DNA of 64,000 nt from contig QPMI01000200.1 of the NCBI GenBank assembly GCA_004431415.1, positions 124,001 to 188,000 of the forward strand. The letters run 5' to 3'. Source of the DNA: Cyanophora paradoxa CCMP329. Its lineage: Eukaryota; Plantae; Glaucophyta. The notes under the pieces were generated by a model that searched no databases, was not told the DNA's origin, and saw only the letters and a program-made list of their open reading frames with translations. This document shows positions 26,224-37,100 of the stretch, piece by piece. Both the position numbers and the translations under genes were made by a program. Every line of letters starts with the position of its first letter. Positions within the stretch are counted from its first letter, which is position 1.

Positions 26224-27190
26224 CACCCGATGGCAACCGTCTTCAAGGCCACGTCCACGGTCGATCCCCCTCACTTCGCCGCCCTGCAACTCGCGACGCA
26301 CTCTCTCCTGGCGCGACCAGGCGAGCAGTTCGACCCGCACGAGGCGGACTTGTTTCCTTCTTCACCCTCAGGCCTTGCGGTTCGACTGGTCGATCCGAAG
26401 AAGGCTCTTGACAAGCGCCTCGCCGACGCAAGAATCTGCGTTCGTCTTCAAGTTGGCGCGCTCATCCCCGGCCAACGCGTAAAGTCGATGCGTACGGTTC
26501 TCGCACTGGTCGACACGGGTGCGGCAGCGGATGTCATGGACGGCAGCATCGCGGACACGTAAGGTCCCTATGTTTTTCAAATCGATTTTTTTCGCGCGGG
26601 ACCGTCCCGCGCGGGACGCGGTACCGTCCCGAATTTTGGAAATTTCCGGGACGCGGTACCGTCCCGAATTTTGGAAATTTCCGAGCTGCCGGCACCCGCC
26701 TAGCCGGGATGCGGCTAGCTCGGACGCAGGACTTCTAGACTGCTTTCAAAGTTCTAGACGCTGGACTGTCCCGTGCGGTGCGGCAGGCGTCCCGCGCGGG
26801 ACTACCCCGCCCCGCGTCCCGCGCGGGACGGTCCCGCGCGAAAAAAATCGATTTGAAAAACAATGCGAGGACAACACGATTGAGGGGCTCCAGTACTCGA
26901 ATCAGGCTCCAGTACTTCTGACGGGCTTCGGCGACAACATGAACGCGTACGCACGCGTCGCCTTCGTCACGTTCAAGATCGGCAACGTCTACATAGCCCG
27001 CAAGATCCTTGTAGTCGCCAAGGGCCTCATGGGCGACACGCCGATGCTTCTCGGTCTCTCAACGCTGACGGCTCTTCGGGCGAGCATCAGTCTGGACACG
27101 GCCAACTCGGGCATGACGATTCTGCCGCCAGGCGATCACACTGCGACGCCGTACTTCGTCCCTTTTACGCAACGGGCCAGCCCGACGGGG
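26224..27190 (+). pseudogene. Retropepsin aspartic protease, split by a MITE
   Basis: LALVDTGAAADVM (DTG at 26512-26520). The C-terminal half VLLTGFG...PMLLGLSTL resumes at about 26864. Confidence 0.8.
26563..26862. mobile_element. MITE (about 300 bp), possibly PIF/Harbinger(Tourist)-like, right end truncated
   Basis: Perfect 51-bp inverted repeat at 26571-26621 and 26812-26862. The left end has extra TAA|GGTCCCTA. Internal 35-bp tandem duplication at about 26612-26681. The superfamily call is an inference. Confidence 0.8.
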
Positions 27191-30185
27191 GCACGCTGGT
27201 CCGTCTTGCGCAAACGGTTACGTTGCCCCCTGGCGAGGCCCTGGTACGATGCCACGTCCCCACGTATGATAAGACGGCGAGTGCGCACGCGCCTCACATG
27301 GAGGTCTCACCGCCGCCGGTCTTCATCTCGGAAACCGGAGATGATCACACTGACGAAGTCGACTTTCTTACACCTTATCAACTCCATCTCAACCCTCACC
27401 GACGAACTTGCCTCGTGGCGGTCCGGAACCCTCACCGCACAGACGTCCGCTTGAAAGCGGGCACCATTGTCGGCGAGGCGGCGTACGGTGACTGGCTGGA
27501 GAGCGAGTACGACCCGCATCCCGACGTCTCGCAGTACCCGCAGGGACGGTACAAGAACTGGAGTCCAGAAGCCCAGCAGACGTTTCCGATCAGGCGTGTC
27601 GTCCAGCAGATCTTCGAGACGGCTCGCCCCGTCACCTTGCTGCGAAGTTGCCAGCCGCGACGATTTGCCTCCGTGGCACGCGCCAAGTACCCGGAAGCCT
27701 TCAGCCATGGCAACAACCCTCAGCCCCAACCACATCTCGATCGCTCACGCCCCGCCACCGAACGGGATCGGGAAGACGCAGCGTCGTTCGTCGAGTCGCT
27801 CCTCGCCTATGACGCGTTCATACGCGACCGCAACTTCATGACCGACGACTACACAGACGAGGAGGTCGAAAGACTGATCGATTTCTTCCTCCCGTACTTC
27901 ACCGACCCCCAACGGTTCCGTGGGAGCTTCCGTGAGACTCTCCTACGAATCCGCATCGGACAAGCGTCGATGGCTGATGCAAACGCCATGGATCCCCCCT
28001 CCACGTTGATGGCGGGTCCTGCGGCAATGACAGAAGCTGAAATCGACGCTATGGTCGACGGGTTCTGCAAATCCTCTGAGGCCGACCCCGACATTACATC
28101 GGACCAACGCTTGACGTTCCGGAACCTTGTGCGCGAACAAGCCCGATGCTTCGCAAAAGTCCTTGATCCTCGTGACCTCCTCAAGTACACGAACTCGATT
28201 CGTCTACTGCCAGGTGTCAACCCCAAGCGGCTGCCCCTCTACACAGTCCCTCGGCGGCTCTCTCCCCCGGCGGAGAAGGCGGCCAAGGCGACCATCGAAC
28301 AGCTGCTCAAGGACGGCCTCATCGAGCCCTCACAGGCTGGATATGGCAGTCCCGTGGTGCTGGCGCCCAAGAAGGACGGCACGATGCGCTTCTGTGTCGA
28401 CTACCGACGGCTCAACAACTTGATCGAAGGCGATGTCTTCCCTCTTCCCCGCATCGATGATCAACTTGAACGTTTGCAAGGCTCCTCCATCTTCAGCGTT
28501 GGCGACTGCCTGAGCGGATTCTGGCAACTCGGCCTCGAAGAAGCCTCTCGGGACTACACCACCTTTCTCCTGCCATGGGGAGCCTGGAAATGGGTGTGCA
28601 CCCCCTTCGGTCTCAAGTCTGCTCCGTCAGCATTCTGCCGGGCGGTCAGTTCAGTACTCGGGGACCTTCTCTCCACGTGTGTTGTGGCCTACGTCGACGA
28701 CTTGACTCTGCACTCGCCGACGGTGGCTCAGCACCTCATCGATCTCGAGGCCTTCTTCGCGGCGCTCGCTCGGGGCAACCTCAAATTGAAACCGAGCAAG
28801 TGTCACTTCATGGTCCGCGAGATCGACCTTCTCGGTCACCGTGTCAGCGCTCAAGGCGTCCGCATGGACACGAAGAAGGTGGAGGTGATCTCCAAGATTA
28901 CTGAACGAGAACTGCAGACCGTCGAGCACATGCGCAGCTTCCTCGGCATGACGGGCTTCTACAGGCGCTTCATCCGCAACTACACGCGACGCGAGCTTCC
29001 GCTCCGTGACCTGATTCACGCAGCGAAGCTAGCGGACACGACGCAGCTTCAGTGGACGCCAGAAGCCAGCGAGGCACTCGCAGACCTCAAGAAGGTCATG
29101 TGCGACGACATCGTGCTCATGCTCCCCGACTTTTCCAAGCCGTTCATCATCTACACGGATTGGAGCTTGCGAGCAATGGGCGCGGCGCTCATGCAGACCG
29201 ACTCTGACGGTCGAGAACGACCAATCGCCTTCATCAGTCGAACCCTGACGGCCACGGAGGCGAGGTACAGCTCCCCGACGGAAGGCGAATGCATCGCGGT
29301 CATGTGGGCCGTCAAGACGTGGCGACACTACTTCGACTGCGGGCACCCGTTTACCATCCGCACGGACCACTCGCCTCTGCAGTGGTTGAAGTCGCAAGAA
29401 CTCCTGGCGAACAAGGCGCTTTCACGCGCGGCGCTCGTCATGCAAGGCTTCAACTACACGATCGAGTACAGGCCGGGCTCGACCAACGTCGTCGCCGACT
29501 TCGAGTCGCGCATGGCTCGTACGCATCCGATCTACGAGCCTGGAGCGGCGGACGGATCGGACCTCACTACCGACCTGCCCAACGGGGCTCACGGACACTC
29601 GGTACCCCGCAGCGGCGATCCCGACGACCCGACGGAGATCTACGGCACGCTCGTCCCCGTGACGACCGAGCCTACGACATCTATCGCGGCCGCTGGCCTC
29701 GACGGACGTGCATGGGCACCACCAGCACCTGGAACAAAGCGACGCCAACCAGTGACATTGGCCGAGCCTTGTAGCTCGCCCAACTCGCCACCACAGCGCG
29801 CCCGCCGCGATCCAGAGGAGCAGGTGACAGAAGACGCCGAGGACGTGACTTCGGAAGTGGATCCCGCGGAGTTCTCCGACGCTGACGACGACGAACTCTC
29901 GTCTGAGGAACAGCGGAGCTCGCCCTCGCGCGCCGAGGCCGATCTCCCTGGACGGACGGGACTTCACTCTGAGGAACAGCGGAGCTCGCCCGCGCACGGC
30001 AACACCACGCGCGACGGGACTCGCGACTCAGGAGATCGAGGGAGGGGGAGGGGTACACTGCGCGGGCGACCTCGTGGACGACCACGTGGACGACCTCGCC
30101 TGCACCACCCCAGAAACCGCCCTTCGGCAACCGAGCCTCGCAAGCCGGTGCTGCCTGACGCGGATCCGATCGGGAACCTTCTCCC
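27190..30185 (+). pseudogene. Reverse transcriptase and RNase H of the Gypsy-type pol
   Basis: RT motifs RFCVDYRRLN, LPRIDD, PFGLKSAP and YVDD (28690). RNase H motifs IYTDWS, RPIAFISR, RTDHSPL and VVADFESR. Confidence 0.95.
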
Positions 30186-30734
30186 CACTGCGGTACGCGT
30201 TTGTATGGGCCCATAGTGTTTGAAGAAAGCTCCAACGGAGGTTTAACAATGGCTAAATGGTAAGTAAAAGTTACATACTCGCAGTTTTTTTCGATAAGGT
30301 TCTGGACTTGACTTTGCGCCGTACCCCCCCGTTTTGCCTTAGGTTCTGGAAAAAGCGCCGATCTTGCTCGCTCAAAATTGGACCGATTGGGAGCAAATTG
30401 GAGCAGATCGTAGACTAGCCGCTAGATAGATCGTAGCCGCCGCGGCGGGCGAAAGTCTACCGCAGTTAAAAAGATCCTACCAGCCGAATGTTTTACTGGC
30501 CGTTTGAGCAAAAAACTTTTTGAAAGTCGCCCGGTACCCCGGCGTTTTTTGGAACGTGACTCAAGGGCCGACAGAATCCGCAAGCTTAATTCAATGGCTA
30601 GTAAAAGCTCTACATGCTTGCATTCGAGCGTCATAGCAGCATGCAATCCATGGCTATGGCGATCGTAGAGCTAGCGGTCGCGATCGTGGAGTTGCTTCCA
30701 GGACTATGGGCCCATACAACGCCGTACCGCAGTG
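30186..30734. mobile_element. Non-autonomous CACTA/CMC-type (CACTG) element, 549 bp
   Basis: Ends CACTGCGGTAC...GTACCGCAGTG with about 50-bp imperfect TIRs. 3-bp TSD CCC at 30183-30185 and 30735-30737. Removal restores the frame GNLLPPPQLPGG. Confidence 0.9.
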
Positions 30735-30737
30735 CCC

Positions 30738-33163
30738 ACCTCCACAACTCCCCGGCGGCATTCAGCATGAGATCGAGAACTACTGGCGGCAGGAGGCACA
30801 ACGCCATCTTGACGGACGCCAACACGAACTCGCCTTGCCGGAGCCCGACGGCGAGGCTGACCCGCCGCTCTCGCCGAACAGCTCGGCTGGGGAACCGATG
30901 GACGTGACGGACGGAGAACCCGCTCAGGCGACTCCTCCCACGCCCTCAGCAACACCTGCCTATATATGCGGGGCAGCAGGGCAGCAAGCAGCCTCGACGC
31001 AGGGCGGAGGATCGCCATCGAGCCGCGAAGCAGGCCCAACACCGTTTGCTCAAGCAACAAGCGCAACAACGACACGAGGAGAATGTGCGCAACAACGCAG
31101 ATCCTGACGGAGCCGAGGCGCGTCCTCGCCTCTCGAAGGAACAGCGTAAGCAGCGCCGTGACACTCGTCGTCAAGAACTCGAGGCACAAGCGCCACGCCC
31201 CCCGAACCTTATCCTCACGCGAGGTGCAAGGTCTCGCAAGGGTCGGTACGCCATCGCGCCTCCCAACGTGATGGACGTACTCGACGAGGCTCTCCTCCCG
31301 ACACCGACCCCACCCGAGACGTTGGGCAACGAACGCGAACTTCCACCTGCGGAGCCGTTTACGACAGACGGCGTCGCTCCGTTGGATGACCGTACTGGCG
31401 GGCGCAACGCTCCGAAGCCGGTCTACTTACCGCCAGAGACCACTGTTGCCGATTGCTGGATGCAGGGGCCTCAGCCGCTGGTTGAAGTCCCTGTACCACC
31501 TGCTCTCCAGCCTCTGACGGTTGACGGAGCCTCCATGGTGGAAGATCAGAAGACAGATCCACTCTGTCAGATGATCATCGCGTTCAAGCTGCGGAAGGAG
31601 AACCTTGCTCGTTGCTACGGCCACACCCACAGCGCTGACGCCCTGAGCCGTGACCCCGACGTCTACAAGACCTGCTTCGCCTGCGGACAGGCGCGGGAAC
31701 GCTTTGCGAAGGAGGTGGGACGCTACTGCCTCTCTCGCTCCGGCGTGGTCCTCCGCGCTCCCCTCTTCCCAACGATGGGCTCGCCGGTGGTAGTGCCCCA
31801 GCGCTGGAGAGCTGCAGTGATGGAAGCGTATCACGATGACTGGGCTCACCGAGGCGCGTCCATCGTCGCCCGGCGCATCGCGGCTCGCTTCTGGTGGCCC
31901 GGCATGACGAACATGGTGCACCGCTACGTTCGTACCTGTCATCACTGCCAGTTGGCGAAGGCCAAGCACCGGCCTCGAGTGCAACACATGATCATCGAAT
32001 CGCGGCACCCCGGTGACCTGCGCCAAGCTGATCTCTGCCCGATGCCCCACGCCAAAGATGCCCCTCACCGCTTCACGCAAGTGCTGATTGACATCGACGC
32101 GTACACCAAGTATCCGGAGATCATCATGCTCACGGAAGCTGACGGTACGGCCATGGAGTGGGCTGCGCAGAGCATTCAGTCCTCGAACGGCACGCCCAAA
32201 CGTTACCTCACTGACAACGGCACGGTGTTCAAGCCGAACACGCCCTGGGGCAAGTTCTGGACCAAGCAGGGCGTGCGGCTCATCTACACTGGTGTCTCTC
32301 ATCAGTCGACCAACGGCGGTGCCGAACGACTTGTCGGGGTGTACAAGCGGCTTATCTTCGCGCTCTGCGCCGAAGACAAGCGTGACAACGTTTACTGGCC
32401 GTACTACCACTACCGTGTGCTCTTCGCGTTGCGCACTACGATCCACGCGGCAACCGGCTTCTCTCCGGCTACGCTTCACCATGGACGCGAGCTGGTGCTG
32501 CCTGGGGACCTCCGCTTGGATCTTGTTCAGCGTGAACCCTTCGGCGAGCCTTACACGTACGCGGAGTACGCGCTGGCTGTCGCGCGGGCGGCTTCAAGTG
32601 TCGCCGAGGCGGTCAAGGCCCATCGGAAGATGTACAATCACAAGCTCCTTCGCTACGGCACCGGCAACGAACCTCGTCAGATTTTCGTGCCGGGTGACAA
32701 GGTGCTTTGCTGGAGCGAGAGCGCGAAGGCGACCAACGTCATGAAGCACGGTACTCGTAACGGCTGGACCGGTCCGTACGTGGTCGTGGAGGTCTTCTCT
32801 CGCGGCTACCTCTACACCGTATGCGGCGACCCGTCGTCTCGAATGCATCGTTCGACGTACGTTGTGGTGCACGTCGACAACATCATTCCGTACTACGACC
32901 GCCCCGATAACTTTGCCGAGGATCCGAAGCCTGGCCGGCCTCGACGGCGCGCCCCTGAACCTGTTCCCCCGCCTCCGGTGCATCTGGACGCGGATGGTGA
33001 TCAGCCAATGGAGGATCCGCCGATCCTGCACGACGACGAGCCTCACTCGGAGGACCGCCCGGCCGAGGAGGACAGTGCACGTGACGACGACTCCGTGGAG
33101 TCCGAGCAAGAAGAGAGCGTACAGCTCCATGTTGTAGGCTGGCCGAAGCACGACTTCGCCTAG
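30738..33163 (+). pseudogene. Spacer plus DDE integrase of the Gypsy-type pol (frameshift near 30961-30967)
   Basis: HHCC finger YHDDWAHRG...CHHCQ; catalytic QADL, LTDNG and GGAER; TGFSP; GPY/F motif WTGPY. No chromodomain seen. Confidence 0.92.
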
Positions 33164-33172
33164 CTATGATGC

Positions 33173-34000
33173 TGGTGCTGGTGGCGTTCGCCTCTGTGAC
33201 GGACGCGGAGCTTGGGTCTCTGAGCCTCGCTTGAGTAACCTTGGTGACGATGACAGTGAGGGCTGCTGCACCAGCGGCAGGCTCTGTTCCATGGTCGGCC
33301 GCTGCTCATGGCAGTGGAGGGCGCTGCATCCGGCAGTGAGCCCTGTTGGTTGGCCGCTGCTCATGGCAGTGGAGGGCGCTGCATCCGGCAGTGAGCCCTG
33401 TTGGTTGGCTGGCCGTCGCTCCTGCGACGGAGGGTCCTCATGGGACCTACCCCCAGTTTTCCCGTTGCTCAGCCGGAGCAGCGGGCTGGGAACCTTTTCT
33501 TGTAGCTGTTCCATTCAGTGCGTCCGATCCGCGTTGATCGCACGCCTCCTGAATTGCTCCGCCTTCCTTGGGCGCTGATCGGGTTGCGCAGTTCAGGCCG
33601 CGGGCTGATCACCCGTCCGGCCCTGGACCCTGCCACTTCCTGCTATCACCCTCTACGCCCCCCTGGCCGGCCCCTTCCGGCTGCTTCCTGGCCTCCCTCG
33701 GGCGGCACGGGGACGTGCCGACGAGGAACACGCGGAGCTATTGCCTCACGGCTTTATGCCGTCAGGAGCCGGCGCCCCGAGTCTCGCTACTCGCAGTGCT
33801 TGGCCTTAGTCTCCGCAGCGCTCACATTGAGTGCGCCGATTGGACCCCCACTACTTTTCATGTACCCCTCCCGGGCTGACACCCCGTGCGACACACTTGT
33901 ACCCTGTACTTGTGCTTGCTCCTGGAATACCAGCTCTGCTCGCTCTCACCGCCAGCTTGCTAGAACTGCACAGCACGCATGGCTAAGCCTAGCAGCACCA
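33173..34000 (+). repeat. Candidate 3' LTR (about 830 bp)
   Basis: Starts just after the integrase stop. TG...CA ends with an 8-bp inverted repeat TGGTGCTG/CAGCACCA. Contains a roughly 54-bp tandem duplication at about 33297-33408. No partner LTR in the window and no adjacent PPT. Confidence 0.4.
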
Positions 34001-34162
34001 TAAACTAGGCTCTTCTGACTAGATCATCGAATCGATAAAATATAAATAATCGATCCATCGCATTCAATGATTCATGCGCGCTAAAAAAAGGGGCCCCGGG
34101 CCCGCGGACGGGCGCGGACGTGGCGCGCTCGTGCGTTAGGGAAGGGCGGGGGGCGGGGGTCC

Positions 34163-37100
34163 TCAGTGCTCGAAGGAGACGATGAGGAGGTCGTCGGGGC
34201 CGAGCGCCGCCCCCTCCATCCACCCCGCCCCCCGCGCGCCCCGCAGCCGGCTCCGCCCCGCACTTGCCGCCTGCCGCAGCGCGAGCGACGGCGACGGCTG
34301 CGGGGCGGTGCTGTATGGGTCCTGCCCCGCTGGGCGCCTCCCCGGCGTCGAGGCCGTCGAGCCGGCCGTCCAAGGCCTTACCGCCCCGGGGGCCGGCGCG
34401 GGGCCTGGCGAGGGGGCGGGCGAGGGCCGGCTCGCGAGGGCCGCGAGGGCGGCCTCGCGTGCCGCCGGGCTCGGGAGGCCGCAGGGAGGGACCTCCCGGG
34501 GGAGGCGCGTCGGGGCGCGGGGCGGGGGCGGGGGAGGCGTGGCGCGCCGGGGAGAGGGCGGGGCGGGGGCGGCGGCGGCGGCGGAGCGCTCGCGGGCGAC
34601 GGCGTCGATGCGCTCGAGGGCCGCCTCCAGCCGCGCCGCCCCCAGCGGCGCGCCCCGCGCGCCCCCGCGCCCCTCCCGCCGCAGCTCCTGCGCCGGCCTC
34701 GGCGGGGGCGGGGGGCGGGGGGCCGGGGGGCGGGGCGGGCACGGCGACGAGGGCGCGGAGGGAGGCGAGCTCGGCGGCGGACTGGGCGAGCTCGTGCCCG
34801 AAGACGACCTGCTGGGCGCGCACCTGCCGCCCCGCCTCCTCCAGCCGCCCCCGCAGCTCCCGCGCCTCCGCCTCCGCCCGCGCCCGCCCCGCCTCCAGCG
34901 CCGCCACCCGCCCCTCCGCTGCCGCCGCCGCCTCCCCGTCCTCGCGGGCGTGCGAGGGCGTGCTCCTCGGGGCAGGCCCCCGGGCCGCGTCCCGCGGCGC
35001 CGGCGAGAGGGCGCGGACGCTCGTCGGCGTGGAGGCCCCGCTCGGGGCGCCGTGCAGGGCGCCGCCCGGGCCCCGAGCCGGCCCTTGAGGCGGGCGAGCT
35101 GCGCCGAGGCGTCAGGGGCGGCAGCGGCGGGGCGCGTGGGGCGGGCCTCCTCCTGCGCGACCTCCGCGCGGGCGGACTCCTCGCGGGCCCGCGCCTCGGC
35201 GCGCCGCACGCGCTCCCGCAGGCCCCCCGCCTCCTCCCGCAGCGCCTGTCCCCGTCAGCCCCGCGCCGGCGCCCGCCCCGCAGCGCCGCGCCGACCTTGA
35301 TCTGGGCGCCCTTCCCTGCGACCTCCTCCCGCAGGCGCTCCGCGTCCGAGAGGCCGGCCGCACCGCCCCGAGGCCGGCGTGGGCGCCCTGCCGGGCCCTC
35401 CCGCCCCGCCTCCTCCGCCCCGGCCGCGGCCCCCTTCGCGGCGGCCTTGCGCTTCAGCTCCTGCGCGCGGCTCGGCGCTGTGCGGCGCGCCGCGGCGCGG
35501 CGGCAGCGGCGGGCCCGGGCGCACGCTGACGAGGCCCGAGAGGCGGGCGACCTGCGGCGGGGTCAGCCGCCCCGCCGCTGCGGCGCCGGGGCCCCGGGGC
35601 GCGGCACCTCGCGCGCCAGCGCCTCCCGCCCCTGCCGCGCCTCCCGCAACGCTTCCTGTGCCTCCTCCGCCCCGCCCCGCGCCCGCCCGCCTCCAGCCCC
35701 TGCCACGCCGTCAGCGCGTTCGGCGCTCGGGCGGGCGGCGGCGGCGAGCCTGCTGGGCTGGCGCCGGCGTCCTGGCCTCCTCGGGCTCCGCCGCCGGGTC
35801 TCCTGCGGGGCGCGTCGAGGGGTGGGGCAGATGGGGCGGGGCAGGCACCGGGGGCGGGGCGGGGCGGGCGTCGGCGAGGGCCCTGACAGCGCGGGGTGCG
35901 GCGGGGCGCCGGCGGCGAGGAGGGCCCCGAGGGCGCTCTCGAGGCGCTTCACGAGCTGCTCCTTCTCCTCCAGCGCCGCCTCCAGCGCCCCCGCTCCCCG
36001 CCCCCCCGCCCCGCCCCTCCTCCCCGCCCCCGCCCCCGCCTCCTCGTCGCCGCCGGCGGCCTCGGCGGCGGCCTCGAGGAGGCGGTCCCCGGCCGCGGCC
36101 GCCTCCGCCGGCGTCCCGCGCCCCGCCAGCAGCGCCTCTGCGCGCCGTCAGGCCGGCAGCGGGGCGGCGCGGGCCGGCGGGCGGCACCGAGGGCCCCGTG
36201 GAAGCGCGCGGCGGCCTCGCGGAGGGGCTCCGGGACCCTCCGCGGCCCCTCGAGCGAGTGCCGCAGGGCCCGCTCCGAGATGCGAAGCTCGTCCTGCCAG
36301 CCGAGGTGAGGCCGGGTGGCGCGCGGCGGGCGAGGCGGGCGCGGCGGGCCTGGAGCTGCTCGACGGTCGCCTCGAGCATGGCGCGCTCCTGCAGCGCCTG
36401 CACCGCCGCCCCCGCCGCCCGCCCCAGCCGCTCCATCGCACCCTCCGCCTCCAACGCCCCGCGCCCCTCTGCCCCCTCGCCTCGGCGGCGCGACGGCTGC
36501 GGGACGCGGGCGGCACCTGGGGGGCGGGGCGTGCGGGGAGGGCGGCGAGGAGGGAGTGGGCGGCCTCGGCGGCGGCGGCCTCGAGGGCGGCGAGGAGGGC
36601 CTGCGCGTTGTCGCGCTCCTCGCGCAGCAGCATCGCCTCGTCCCCGAGCGCCTCGAGCCCCGCCCCGCCGCCGCCGCCTTGGCGCCCCCTCGCGCCTCCT
36701 CCGCGCCCGCCTCCAGCTCCCTCACGCGCCCCGCCAGCTTCTCGTTCTGCCGCCCCGTCAGCCTCGCGCCCCGGCGGTAAGGCGGGGCCGGGCGGGGCGG
36801 GGCGCCTCGGCGGCGGCGGCGGCGAGGGCGTCGAGGAGGCGCTCGAGCTCGGCGGCGTGGTGGGCGCGGAGGGCGTCGAGGGCGGCGGCCTCCTGCTCGG
36901 CGGCCGCGAGGTCGCCCGCAGCTGCGCCACGTCCCCCGCCAGCGCCCCCGCCGACCGCAGCTGCCGCTCCCCTGCCTCCCGCGCCTCCTCCAGCTCCACC
37001 GCCAGCTTATGAATCTGCGCCTCGTACCCCTCCGCCATCTCACGCAGCGCCGCCCGGTGCCCGTCGGCGTCGGCCTGCAGTTGCTCCACCCGCTCCGCCA

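Larger units (their letters stand above)
7589..34000 (+). mobile_element. Very large Ty3/Gypsy-type retroelement (5' end upstream of window), interrupted by nested DNA transposons
   Basis: Domain order PR-RT-RH-INT. Coding fragments rejoin in frame once the TSD-bounded insertions are removed. The 3' limit is taken from the candidate LTR. Confidence 0.8.

Noticed and set aside
27160-27225. Programmed frameshift between protease and RT
   Set aside because: Adding one G to the G-run near 27187 fixes the frame. Homopolymer errors are evident elsewhere, and no convincing slippery heptamer is present.
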